This document shows positions 40,489-52,300 of a DNA stretch of 64,000 nt, piece after piece; position 1 is the first letter of the stretch; every line of letters starts with the position of its first letter. This stretch comes from Antedon mediterranea (Eukaryota > Animalia > Echinodermata). Below the pieces are notes generated by a model. It did no database searches. It was given only the letters and a program-made list of their open reading frames with translations, and was not told the origin of the DNA. The position numbers were made by a program, and so were the translations under genes. The stretch is taken from the NCBI RefSeq assembly GCF_964355755.1, contig NC_092674.1:12276001-12340000 (forward strand), written 5' to 3'.

Positions 40489-42869
40489 GGTTTACGATGA
40501 AGTCGGTCGCGTCTGAAATCGGTCGCGTTTGAAATCGGTCGCGATAAAATCAACTTCCGGTATTTTGTATGGCGCGCCGCTAGAGCTATACTTTTGATTA
40601 TATCGGTCACGTTTGAAATCGGTCGCGTTTGAAATCGGTCGCGCTATTTTGTATGGATCGAGCGGGATGCATGCTAGAGCGGGATATACATTTTTCGTTT
40701 ATGTAGATTTAATTGATATTTGTTTTACTTGGTTAATAAATATTTATTATCAATCTTCTAATTTCAATCATTAAATTAATTAATTTTTTTTGTATTTCAC
40801 AGGTCTCGGAGAAGGACTGTGTCTTTTCAAAATGGCCATTTCTAAACACGTTTAAATATTATATTAGGCATAATGTTATATTAGGCATATCATAATTTAC
40901 CTCTATTTATATGTACTGTAATTAATATATTATGTAGAGAATATACGTCTGTCGTGTCTTTTATTATGCAAACAATTACGTAAGAGAACAATTTATTTAA
41001 AAACAATAATTTTTACAATATAGCCCATAAAGCCAGCGTATCCATTTTTATACTTATGCATACTGTGGCAGATTATATCATATACATGTCGTTAACAACA
41101 TACAATTCGATCACCTTATTTTTATTTCTATTTTATTTCTATCCGTTATGTAGGATAATATTAAGTGTATAATGATTATTGTTGAGGCAAATCACGTGTA
41201 TACTTTTATCTCTAATGTTTAAAATAGTTTTTAGTGAAATGATCATTATATGCGGATGGTTAAAAGACGAGTTACTGAAATAAACCCCCGAATAAGCCAT
41301 ATTGGAGATGCGCCTTCTATGATCGTGCAGCTGTTTCCTCTAACAATACGTTACTTTGCTGACGGGGTTTCCCCTTTTTAAAAAACACGCACTTATTAGT
41401 GTGTCAAATCATGGACAAAACACGTACGATCGTTGTCCATGGCGAAGTAAAGATGACGTCTATTACTAATAACCATGTTTGAAACGTCTATAGGCCTCCT
41501 GCACGTGTTTTTGTGAAACGATCCAATGAGCTATAGATGCTCGACGCGATTATGAGATCATGTTCATTCATTCATTCTTTATTTAGCCTTTAAAATCGAA
41601 ATACATTTAAAACATAGGTAACCAAATCAAGACACGTGGAAATATAAGGAGGCAAGGAAAACAAAAGCAATTAAAATCGCTGTAGCTCACAGGCTTGCTT
41701 ATCCATAATAATTCCGAATAAAGCACTTTTTCTATAATTTGACAGTATGAAAAATACGAATTCACGTATATACGTCGGCGATACTAGATTTTAATTTGAA
41801 TATCTTTTATTTCTTCATTTATAATAATCATTTAATGTAAATAATTAAGTAAGTGCAACTCAGTGTCTCGCATTCATACGCCGTTCGTAAATCTAAATGT
41901 TTAAATATCAGTGCAGATTACCTCTTTGAGAATCGTGTCCACATTATCCATACATTATTATGTGAGTGAGTGGCCGAGCGGTTAAGACAGTGGAACCGTA
42001 ATTACGTAGCCATAACATCGGCAGGGGTTCGAGGCTCACTCACTCCATGGTTCTGGTGGTAGAACGAGTCTTCTCGGATAAGGACTATAAACCGTAGGTC
42101 CAGTGTACACATCTTGCTCGTGTGCACTTTAAAGAACCTAGTACATCTTTCGAGACGAGTAGGGGGTTACCCCGGTGTATTAGTACATCACAGCCACTGA
42201 TCACCAACTGGGCCTTCTGGGAGACCAGTCTTTGACTGAAGAGGTTACCCAGTATAAATATAAATTTCAATCAATCAATTATTCGCACACATCTATCATT
42301 GTACATCATAGTCCTCTGTAGGCCGGTAGATTGATTTATAACGGCATATTATCTATATATTTCATTAATATCCTAAAACCATACGTAGGCCTAATTGTTT
42401 GCATAATAAAAGACACGACAGACGTATATTCTCTATATAATATATTAATTACAGTAGGCCTACATATAAATAGAGGTAAATTATTATATGCCTAATATAA
42501 CATTATGCCTAATATAATATTTAAACGTGTTTAGAAATGGCCATTTTGAAAAGACAGTCCTTCTCCGAGACCTGTGAAATACAAAAAAAAAAATTAATTT
42601 AATGATTGATAATAAATATTTATTAACCAAGTAAAAAATATCCACATAAATAATCTAGTTCCTAAAAAATATCAATTAAATCTATATAAACGAAAAATGC
42701 ATCGCATCCCGCCCGATCCATACAAAATAGCGCGACCGATTTCAAACGCGACCGATATAATCAAAAGTATAGCTCTAGCGGCGCGCCATACAAAATACCG
42801 GAAGTTGATTTTATCGCGACCGATTTCAAACGCGACCGATTTCAGGCGCGACCGATTTCATCTGACACC
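40489..42869. mobile_element. Foldback/Mutator-like non-autonomous transposon with ~490-bp TIRs
   Basis: 8-bp TSD CATACTTT (40481-40488 and 42870-42877); arms ~40489-40978 and ~42390-42869 are near-identical inverted copies with tandem TGAAATCGGTCGCG subrepeats. Confidence 0.92.
41961..42280 (+). mobile_element. tRNA-derived SINE with Deu/Nin-like central domain, inserted in the foldback element
   Basis: A box TGGCCGAGCGG, B box GGTTCGAGGC; CTCGGATAAGGACTATAAACCGTAGGTCC..TAAAGAACC..GAGTAGGGGGTTACCCCGGTGT resembles the DeuSINE domain; (TCAA)n tail. Confidence 0.8.
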
Positions 42870-44005
42870 CATACTTTACCAAGTGAAGTATGTTCCTTCA
42901 TCCTCATGTACTTTAATGATGTTGAATTAACACATCATCATTGATATGTATTGAGTTATAAAACTAAAAATGTTGAATCGAGAATATTTAATTTACTGAG
43001 AGATCATTTAATTTTTAACTCATGAAATATTCTCACTATTCAAATCATAAACATTTAGTTTATGGTGTTTATACCAATCTAATACTTTTTTTTTCTTGAT
43101 ACAATTTAACATTTATTTTTACCAGTTTGTTGATTTGCTGAGCACCTGAATATAAAAAGTGTTACAGAAGAGAAGCCTGTAAATCAAGGAACCATCATTA
43201 ACAAGTTTGTGTAAGTTGCAACCACTCCTGCAGTTAATATAGCTTTTGGTATTGTGTTACTTGGTTTGTTGTAAGTATGTTAATCCAGGAACTACCACCA
43301 GTATCAAGGTTGTGTCAAATGCCGCAAATTGTCTACTATATAAATGTTGAAAGAAAAATGAATATTGACACAATTTTTTACATGCGTGTGCTGTCTTACC
43401 AATTTTTATTCACAATACAAACAATAATACAGTCTTTGTGAAGCTCTTTCAGCTTTGATTTGGTTTTCACGCATGAGTAAACTTTATGAAAATGAAATTA
43501 TCCTAATATTAAATTTTATTATAAACAAATCATGTAAAACTAACAATGTAAAACTAACAATGTAATTTCAGTAAATAACAATTATTCTCAGGAATATGAT
43601 TTAATTTTGTGTTTTTTATGTCCCATGCATTTAGGATCAATTGAAGATTTAAATGTTGTGTTGTTTTTCTATTAAATTCTTTTTATTAACCCTATTGGTT
43701 GCGTTGAGATTTTAAAAATGCAATACAAAAAAGTTAACAATATTGTATATCATTTATCATTTATTAAAATAGAATATGAAATATGTATTTATTTAGTAAC
43801 TCTACTAATAAATGTATATTTTTTAAGTTTAAATCAACAGCATGCATACACCACAACATTGTACTTTATCTTTACAAGAGTTATCTTGTAAATATAAATT
43901 TACAATTTTAGTTAGCAATTATTAATGTCATTTCCATTCCTTAAACCATTTTAAGTAAGAACTGTTCCCCTCACTATAATTAATGACAATATTTACAAAT
44001 ATCTT

Positions 44006-45092
44006 CAGGCCCGTAGCCAGGGGGGGGGGGGGGGGTTTATGGTTCGGGCGAACCCCCCCCCCCCCCCCCCCCTTTACAGCGAACCCCCCTTAACCAACTG
44101 CGAACCCCCATCCCCGACATGCCCAATACCTCACCCTCATCTCCAAAAATCCTCCAAATACGTGCCCCACAGTACAAAAAGTTGTTTGTAAATTGAAAAA
44201 TTCGTAAACTTGTTCGTGAACCTTCTTCTCTGTATGAGCGTCAACTAGTGATACGTGTCTGTAAATTTCTAAAAGCTGCAAATGAATTGCCGATTTTAAC
44301 CTGAAAAATAAATGTTTGGTCCCTGCATGTAACATGATATTGACGCGTCTCATAGCGAGCTGGCGCACGAACGATTCGTACAAAGGACACCGCCAGACAA
44401 CTGCGTACCTATAATTGTTTAGATCACTGGCAGTCAGGCAGCATGCATAAAGTATATAGCCTTCCGACGTACATCAGTATTTATGTGTGACTATGAAGTA
44501 TAATGTATCATAGAGGATTATAGTGAATATTAATATTTTACACTATAATATCTATGGTATCAAGTACTGACGTAGTTCACATTATGGCATCCGATTATTT
44601 TTTTCTAGACCACCAGCCGATACGTACTAAAATGTATCAATATCACCTATTTACATATTTATATTCCTCAACATATTGCTGTAAATAAATATTAAAGATA
44701 GAGCTAACAAATAGCATTTGCCTTCACCCAGTGTGCTTTTTTCGGGGCTGCTCCTAGATATACGTTCGCATTGAACTTGAACGCAAAACAAAATACGGAG
44801 TAAATGATCAAACAATCGGCGGTTCCACACAGAGCACGCGCATCTAACATACGGCAACAAATAGTTATCGTCATTTAAATTATCGACGTGTTTGAGGAGG
44901 AGGAAAAAAGTATGATCTTTTTGCTCATTGGTTATATAGCATGCTGCACGAGAGTGTCTTTTCCGGCCATCTAGGGGTGTCATTTAACAAAATTCGTTTC
45001 GCATCAGGCTGGGTGAGGGGGGGGGGGGGGGGGGGTTGACCCAAATATTTAGTGTCCGAACCCCCCCTTGACAGATCCTGGCTACGGCCCTG
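44006..45092. mobile_element. hAT-like non-autonomous element with 5-bp TSD
   Basis: TIR CAGGCCCGTAGCCAGG / CCTGGCTACGGCCCTG; ATCTT directly flanks both ends; long G and C runs inside both ends. Confidence 0.85.
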
Positions 45093-45696
45093 ATCTTAAT
45101 AATGTTCTCTCTCCTTGTAATGTTGCGTCAGTTGAGTCGGTTTTATTTTAAATTACCCTACTTACATTTTGCCAAATGCGCACAATAAAGAATCGATTAC
45201 ACGTAAATATTACAAAAGAGTTAATATTAAACTAGCATTCAAAGTCAAACTATTTTAGTCAAGACATTTTAAGGGAGTTTGCCTATTTATCAAATGCCTC
45301 ACAAACGTTATTTTAACTCAAAAGTTCGGAGGAATTATTCATAATTTATCTAACATATTTTTCCTAGAAAACACATCATGCTAATATTGGATGTGATTGA
45401 CTGATTGGAGGCATCTGTACGGTCAGTAAAAATATCTTATTTTTGTGATGAATGGGGAGAAAGGACCATTCTGTTTTAGGTTTTCAGAAGCCTGTTGATC
45501 GTCACACACACTAGACAGCAGCTGATTAGAATTCTGATTAAAAATTATTTCAAAACGTGTGGTTTTATAATCCCAAGTTATACCAAGTACGGCTTCTAAT
45601 CATAATAATATTTATAATCATAATATTGATGCTTATGATGCACACTATATATCATTGGCAGAGTTTAATGTGTCAAGACATCAAAATAAACAATGC

Positions 45697-46409
45697 AAAT
45701 AATGTAGGATAATTCAGTCCCTCTAATGGAATTCAACAACAAATAATTTAGGATAATTCAGTCCCTCTAATTGAATTCAACAACAAATAATTTAGGATAA
45801 TTCAGTCCCTCTAATTGAATTCAACAACAAATAATTTAGGATAATTCAGTCCCTCTAATTGAATTCAACAACAAATAATTTAGGATAATTCAGTCCCTCT
45901 AATTGAATTCAACAACAAATAATTTAGGATAATTCAGTCCCTCTAATTAAATTCAACAACACATCATTTAGGATAATTCAGTCCCTCTAATTGAATTCAA
46001 CAACAAATAATTTAGGATAATTCAGTCCTTCTAATTGAATTCAACAACAAATAATTTAGGATAATTCAGTCCCTCTAATTGAATTCAACAACAAATAATT
46101 TAGGATAATTCAGTCCCTCTAATTGAATTCAACAACAAATAGTTTAGGATAATTCAGTCCCTCTAATTGAATTCAACAACAAATAATTTAGGATAATTCA
46201 GTCCCTCTAATTAAATTCAACAACACATCATTTAGGATAATTCAGTCCCTCTAATTGAATTCAACAACAAATAATTTAGGATAATTCAGTCCCTCTAATT
46301 AAATTCAACAACACATCATTTAGGATAATTCAGTCCCTCTAATTGAATTCAACAACAAATAATTTAGGATAATTCAGTCCCTCTAATTGAATTCAACAAC
46401 AAATAATTT
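45697..46409. repeat. 44-bp minisatellite, ~16 copies
   Basis: Unit AGGATAATTCAGTCCCTCTAATTGAATTCAACAACAAATAATTT; a variant unit (TTAAATTC..CACATCATT) recurs three times. Confidence 0.97.
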
Positions 46410-47071
46410 CATGAGATGAAAATGTGTTTCTTTGTTCCCATTGCACAAATATAATACATTTGTTTTATTAACAATTTGATTGGACGATTGTGGGTCATAT
46501 GACATTAACTAAATGTACTACAGTATGGTACTGAAATTCAGTTTTATGAATTTATTTTTGTTAGAGAGATTGAGCAACCACACGCTTGAGAAGAGTCCAG
46601 GCTGTTGATTGATTAAGTAACCTGTAGAGGCCTGCAGTCTATTTGTTCAACTCCATGTCCAAAATTGGAATACTGCCTTTTTGAATGGCAACATTATATT
46701 TTGTTATGATTTAACCAGATACAAAAATACATACAAATATAACAATATTTTGTCATTCACATACCTGACATCTCATGATGTCAGGTACGTGACCTATGTT
46801 AAAGTACTTGTATTACTTTGGTCTATTAAAACATAGTTGTATCTTGCACTTTTAATAACATTATTTCAATAGGTCTTCTATATTGTCCTTTATTAACTAT
46901 GTATCTCCTATTGTTCATACAAATTGTTTATTTGTTGAACTGAGTTACCATATAGCTGCAGTTTATACGGTCTATTGTAGGTTTTGAATAGACACTTTAG
47001 ACTGTTTCTAGAAATTCTACAATATCCATTCTCAACTTCCATCAAGGCTTTTACTACTTCCTCTCGTTGGT

Positions 47072-49130
47072 TCACATCTCTTTCTTGGTTTCTAGTAATT
47101 CTACAATATCCATTCTCTCAACTGCTCTCAAGGCTTTTACTACTTCCTCTTGTTGTTTCACATCCCTTCCTTGCTTACATCGCCATTGTACCAGTGATTC
47201 CATTGTTGCTTCTACAGTCAGCGCTGAAAACCTTCTCTCAGTTTGTGATAGCTCAACATCAGCAATACCAAGATGCCTACAGAAATTCTTCCAATCTGTC
47301 ATCTTCTCAGAAATTATCAGGAAGTCCAAGTCTGTTAAGCATCCTGTAAAAACACATTTAATTGACTTCATTAAATAAAATACATTTGGTTGTTTTTCTT
47401 CAAACATTCAGGTGCTGAAATTAAGCAACATTTCTGGAATGTAACATTCTATTTGTATTGGCAGAAATCATGAATAATGCATGAGCATAATTACTAATTA
47501 TTTTCTTATTATTTTATTCTTAGAATTACAAGATAGCTAACCTATTTACTGAATACAAGAGAACTTAACCCTCGAAAATATACAAAGAATGTGTCCTTAC
47601 GTAAAATACATATTGCACAATTTCATCACAACAACATAAGTTACATAAATATTTGATCATACCCCTGAAACATGGGTCAATATTGGATGTAGTTTACTGA
47701 TTGGAGGCATCTGTATGGCCAGTAAAAATACACTTGTTTTATCGGTGATGAATGGGAAGGCATGGATCATTCTCTTTTATGTTTTTTTCAGATGCGTGTT
47801 CATTTTAGACACAGTTTTGTTTGTTTGTTTTTATATATCTAGGCAAATTTCCAAGGATAATCATAAGCGAATTCAATCACTATCCTTCTTAAGGTGGCAA
47901 TCCCATTCACAAGACAAACATATACACAAGATGCTCTACATAAACGAAGTCTTATTACAAGTCTTTAGGGGTGGAGTTGTATTTGTCATTATAAAACATC
48001 CTGACATATGACAGGAATTGAACCCAGGAGCCATGGATTGGTAGCCAAATTAGCTTAATCAAATTTAAAACATTTCTTGTTTATCGAATGATTGCAGATG
48101 ACAATAGAAAGTCAAATAGTGATTATTTCTACAGTAGTATCAGGTATACATATAACATTTGTTTTTAATAACAATCATTACCCACCTTGTCCTGATTGGT
48201 CTGTAAACACTGCAACTTCTAAACTGACATCATCTTTGTATTCATATCTTGTACACAGGCTATCAGCTAAATCAACACGTCCTTGTTGTTTTAAAGCCTT
48301 GATCATTGTAGGTAGTTGATGTGCTTCTGCATGTTGACAGTTATTTCTCCATTGCACCAAAACTTCCATTATGGCATCTTCTACATGTTTGTTTTTGTCT
48401 GCAATGTTATTAACGTTGTCCCATTTGATTCCAAGTCGCACTGCTAGTCTTCTCCAACTTTGATGTACATTTTCACAGATGAATAGGAGATCTTGATCAT
48501 CAAAACAAGCTGTGAAATAATAAAAGCAATAAGGTAATGAGTTTTATTTCAATTAAATTAAACTTATTATTCTATTCAATATTTTATTTCGGAATCTCTC
48601 ATTCATAGAAAATAATATATAAATATTAAAAATAAATAAAATAATTTTGTATCAATTAACAAATTTAAGTAAAAATATGTTTATTAGAATAAATTTTTTT
48701 AAAGCATTCAGTACTATGAGCAAGATTTTATAACACACCTAAGACGATTCTTAATTTATTTTGAGAATTGCGAGTCATATTTTATTTAAATGTGCTATTG
48801 CTCTCTTAATGACGTCAATGAGAGTGCAATGGTTTTATATATGCACAAAAGTACCTGCAATGTCACCATATTTGTGAAACAGCAGATCAGCAAGATCATT
48901 ACGACCATGTTGTCTTAGTGCAGTGCACAATACTTGTTGCTGATTAAGGTCACTACCAATGTTGCTCCTCCAATGTTTCAGCATCTTTGCTGTAGCTTTA
49001 TCTGTCTGATTTTCATTATCAAAAATAGTATTCACTTTAGACCATGAAAGCCCCAAACGAACACCAAATCGTCTGCAGGAAAGATCCATCTCTCTGGACA
49101 CTTTATCAATAGTTAGGTCATCCACATAGT
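47072..49130 (-). CDS. ROCO gene exons: three C-terminal death domains
   Basis: 48855-49130 (CRRFGVRLGLSW..MLKHWR..LCTALRQHGRNDLAD), 48186-48509 (WRRLAVRLGIKW..VLVQWR..IKALKQQGRVDLAD), 47072-47343 (DWKNFCRHLGI..LVQWR..VKALRAVERMDIVE). Confidence 0.9.
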
Positions 49131-49328
49131 CTATATCAAAAAAACAAAATTATGAATCAATTGTGCTTTTAATCCTTCACAATAATAACTAAACATAATA
49201 CTAATTTTATCATTAAATATACCTTTGTAATCCTTGACATCTGACATACTCCTTTGTTTACTAGATCCCTTAACTTTTGATTTAAGTGATGTTTTCCCCT
49301 TTGTCATTTTATGAGCCTTAGCAACAGT

Positions 49329-49359
<31 letters not shown>

Positions 49360-52300
49360 GTATCAGATTCTGGATCTATGTTCTTCTGTCTACCAGCTTC
49401 TTTTGAGCTAGAAGCTACAATGACAATAAAACAACAAAATAGTGATAAAGTTAAACCAAGATGTACACTTGCTTGTTTTGTATTGTTATTTACTGTAATA
49501 TTACTCTTTCAGATCTAATAATCATAAATTTGATTTAGCAAAGTCATTTATAAATGCATTAGTTTGGCAATTCAGGAATTTGATTTCAAATGATGATTTT
49601 CAAAAATATACACTAATTATAATTTCTGTATCAGCTGAATTGAATAGTTTTTCATTTATAATAAATCCTTTACCATCAACTTGTTGGCATATATTGCGCT
49701 ATATAGTGTTGATATTATTTATATAGTGTTGATATTATATCTGTGAAAGTCAATTGCATTCATTCTATCGCATGATTTAAACATTAAAAACCTAGCATTG
49801 TACTGTAAGATGTTGATGACAAATATTCATAATAAATCTGTTACTGCATCTTTGTTATTCTTGGAGAAAATTAATCTCTTCACTTTACCAGTGATTCTTT
49901 GAAGTATTGAAGTAGAAGCTTGTGCATTGCTGTGACCATCACTGTCAGAATCTAGAGCTATGCTTTGTTTTGTACTATCTCTCGATTCAGATGCTAAACA
50001 AAAATAAATCGAAAAGCAACATTTTAAAAACTGTATAACCTAGATGTACATTTACAATAATACTATATTTTTTTAATTCTTGGATTATCATAAATGATGA
50101 TGACACAGACTTATTATATAAAAATCTGATAAAAGTTTTTTTTTTTACTTCAATCATTTTATGGCAATTTTATAATAGTTGAAAAATCGTAACTTCTTAT
50201 AATGAAGTAACATACAATTACTATTCATTTTTACATGAATAATAAAAGCAATCAAATAAAATATCTTATATCCATTAAGTATACTTAAATAAATAAAAAA
50301 TATATTCTTTATTTTCAAAATTGTTAACTTCCTCATACATTGTGTTTGGGTTGAGAAAAATTGTTTTTTTTTTTATTTTAGCCTATATCAGTGAAACTGA
50401 TGGATACTAAAAACACAAATCCTCTACCTTTTAGTACAATGTCTCCAAACAGATTACGGTAACGTTTCACTTCCATTCCTCTGCTTCCACATGGCAACAC
50501 ATCTTTGTCAAATTTGCGTATAACATGCATATGAGTATGTTCACCTTTTGAACCACACACACAAGGGATGTACATCTTTACTTTAACACCATGTGCATTC
50601 TTCTCACTCAAATAGTTCAATTCTCTTTCAAGAAAAGTTAGTACCTATAAAATTTAATAATTATACAAACTAAAAATTTGTAAATAGAGCAAAGAATGAT
50701 AACATGTAAGCGTGTTTCAGAATGGGATCACCAAAACATATTCAAATACAAAATACATTATTATTTTACTATTAAAGTGTACATTCAAATTTGCTTTTCA
50801 ATTATGTATAAGTTTTATAAATGATCAGAAAAATATTTACGCTTACAACTGGAACACAACATATCCATTTTGTTTAGAACAGAAAAAATAAAAGCTTGAC
50901 ATATTTGATTATTTGCACTGCAGCCTCAAGTTGTCCATGTTTAAATAAAGTAATTATTAATTATTGTTTAGTTTTCTTTAATCATCAATATTGTTAATAC
51001 TCTACATATCCAACTCATTATTTTTACATTAACTTACGTTCTTACAGATGCTAGGTTTTGGATCATCATCTTCAGCAAGGCCAGCAGCATTCATCATGTC
51101 TGTTCTAACTATTGTTGTCTTTGGGTACTATTACTTACCTTCTTACAGATGCTAGGTTTTGGATCATCATCTTCAGGAAGGCCAGCAGCATTCATCATGT
51201 CTGTTCTAACTATTGTTGTCTTTGGGTACTATTACTTACCTTCTTACAGATGCTAGGTTTTGGATCATCATCTTCAGGAAGGCCAGCAGCATTCATCATG
51301 TCTGTTCTAACTATTGTTGTCTTTGGGTACTATTACTTACCTTCTTACAGATGCTAGGTTTTGGATCATCATCTTCAGGAAGGCCAGCAGCATTCATCAT
51401 GTCTGTTCTAACTATTGTTGTCTTTGGGTACTATTACTTACCTTCTTACAGATGTTATGTTTTGGATCATCATCTTCAGGAAGGCCAGCAAGATTCATCA
51501 TGTCTGTTCTAACTATTGTTGTCTTTGGGTACTATCACTTACCTTCTTACAGATGCTAGGTTTTGGATCATCATCTTCAGGAAGGCCAGCAGCATTCATC
51601 ATGTCTGTTCTAACTATTGTTGTCTTTGGGTACTATTACTTACCTTCTTACAGATGTTATGTTTTGGATCATCATCTTCAGGAAGGCCAGCAGCATTCAT
51701 CATGTCTGTTCTAACTATTGTTGTCTTTGGGTACTATTACTTACCTTCTTACAGATGTTATGTTTTGGATCATCATCTTCAGGAAGGCCAGCAACATTCA
51801 TCATGTCTGTTCTAACTATTGTTGTCTTTGGGTACTATTACTTACCTTCTTACAGATGCTAGGTTTTGGATCATCATCTTCAGGAAGGTCAGCAGCATTC
51901 ATCATGTCTGTTCTAACTATTGTTGTCTTTGGGTACTATTACTTACCTTCTTACAGATGCTAGGTTTTGGATCATCATCTTCAGGAAGGCCAGCAGCATT
52001 CATCATGTCTGTTCTAACTATTGTTGTCTTTGGGTACTATTACTTACCTTCTTACAGATGCTAGGTTTTGGATCATCATCTTCAGGAAGGCCAGCAGCAT
52101 TCATTATGTCTGTTCTAACTATTGTTGTCTTTGGTACTATTACTTACGTTCTTACAGATGCTAGGTTTTGGATCATCATCTTCAGGAAGGTCAGCAGCAT
52201 TCATCATGTCTGTTCTAACTATTGTTGTCTTTGGGTACTATTACTTACCTTCTTACAGATGCTAGGTTTTGGATCATCATCTTCAGGAAGGCCAGCAGCA

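Noticed and set aside
43126-43210. Possible further exon of the myosin relic
   Set aside because: Good acceptor, but immediate stops and no recognisable peptide.
45697-46409. CRISPR-like appearance of the 44-bp, 20-bp and 101-bp arrays
   Set aside because: No unique spacers, no cas genes, eukaryotic context.
46984-47378. + strand ORFs of 121 and 103 aa
   Set aside because: Antisense shadows of the last death-domain exon and its duplication.
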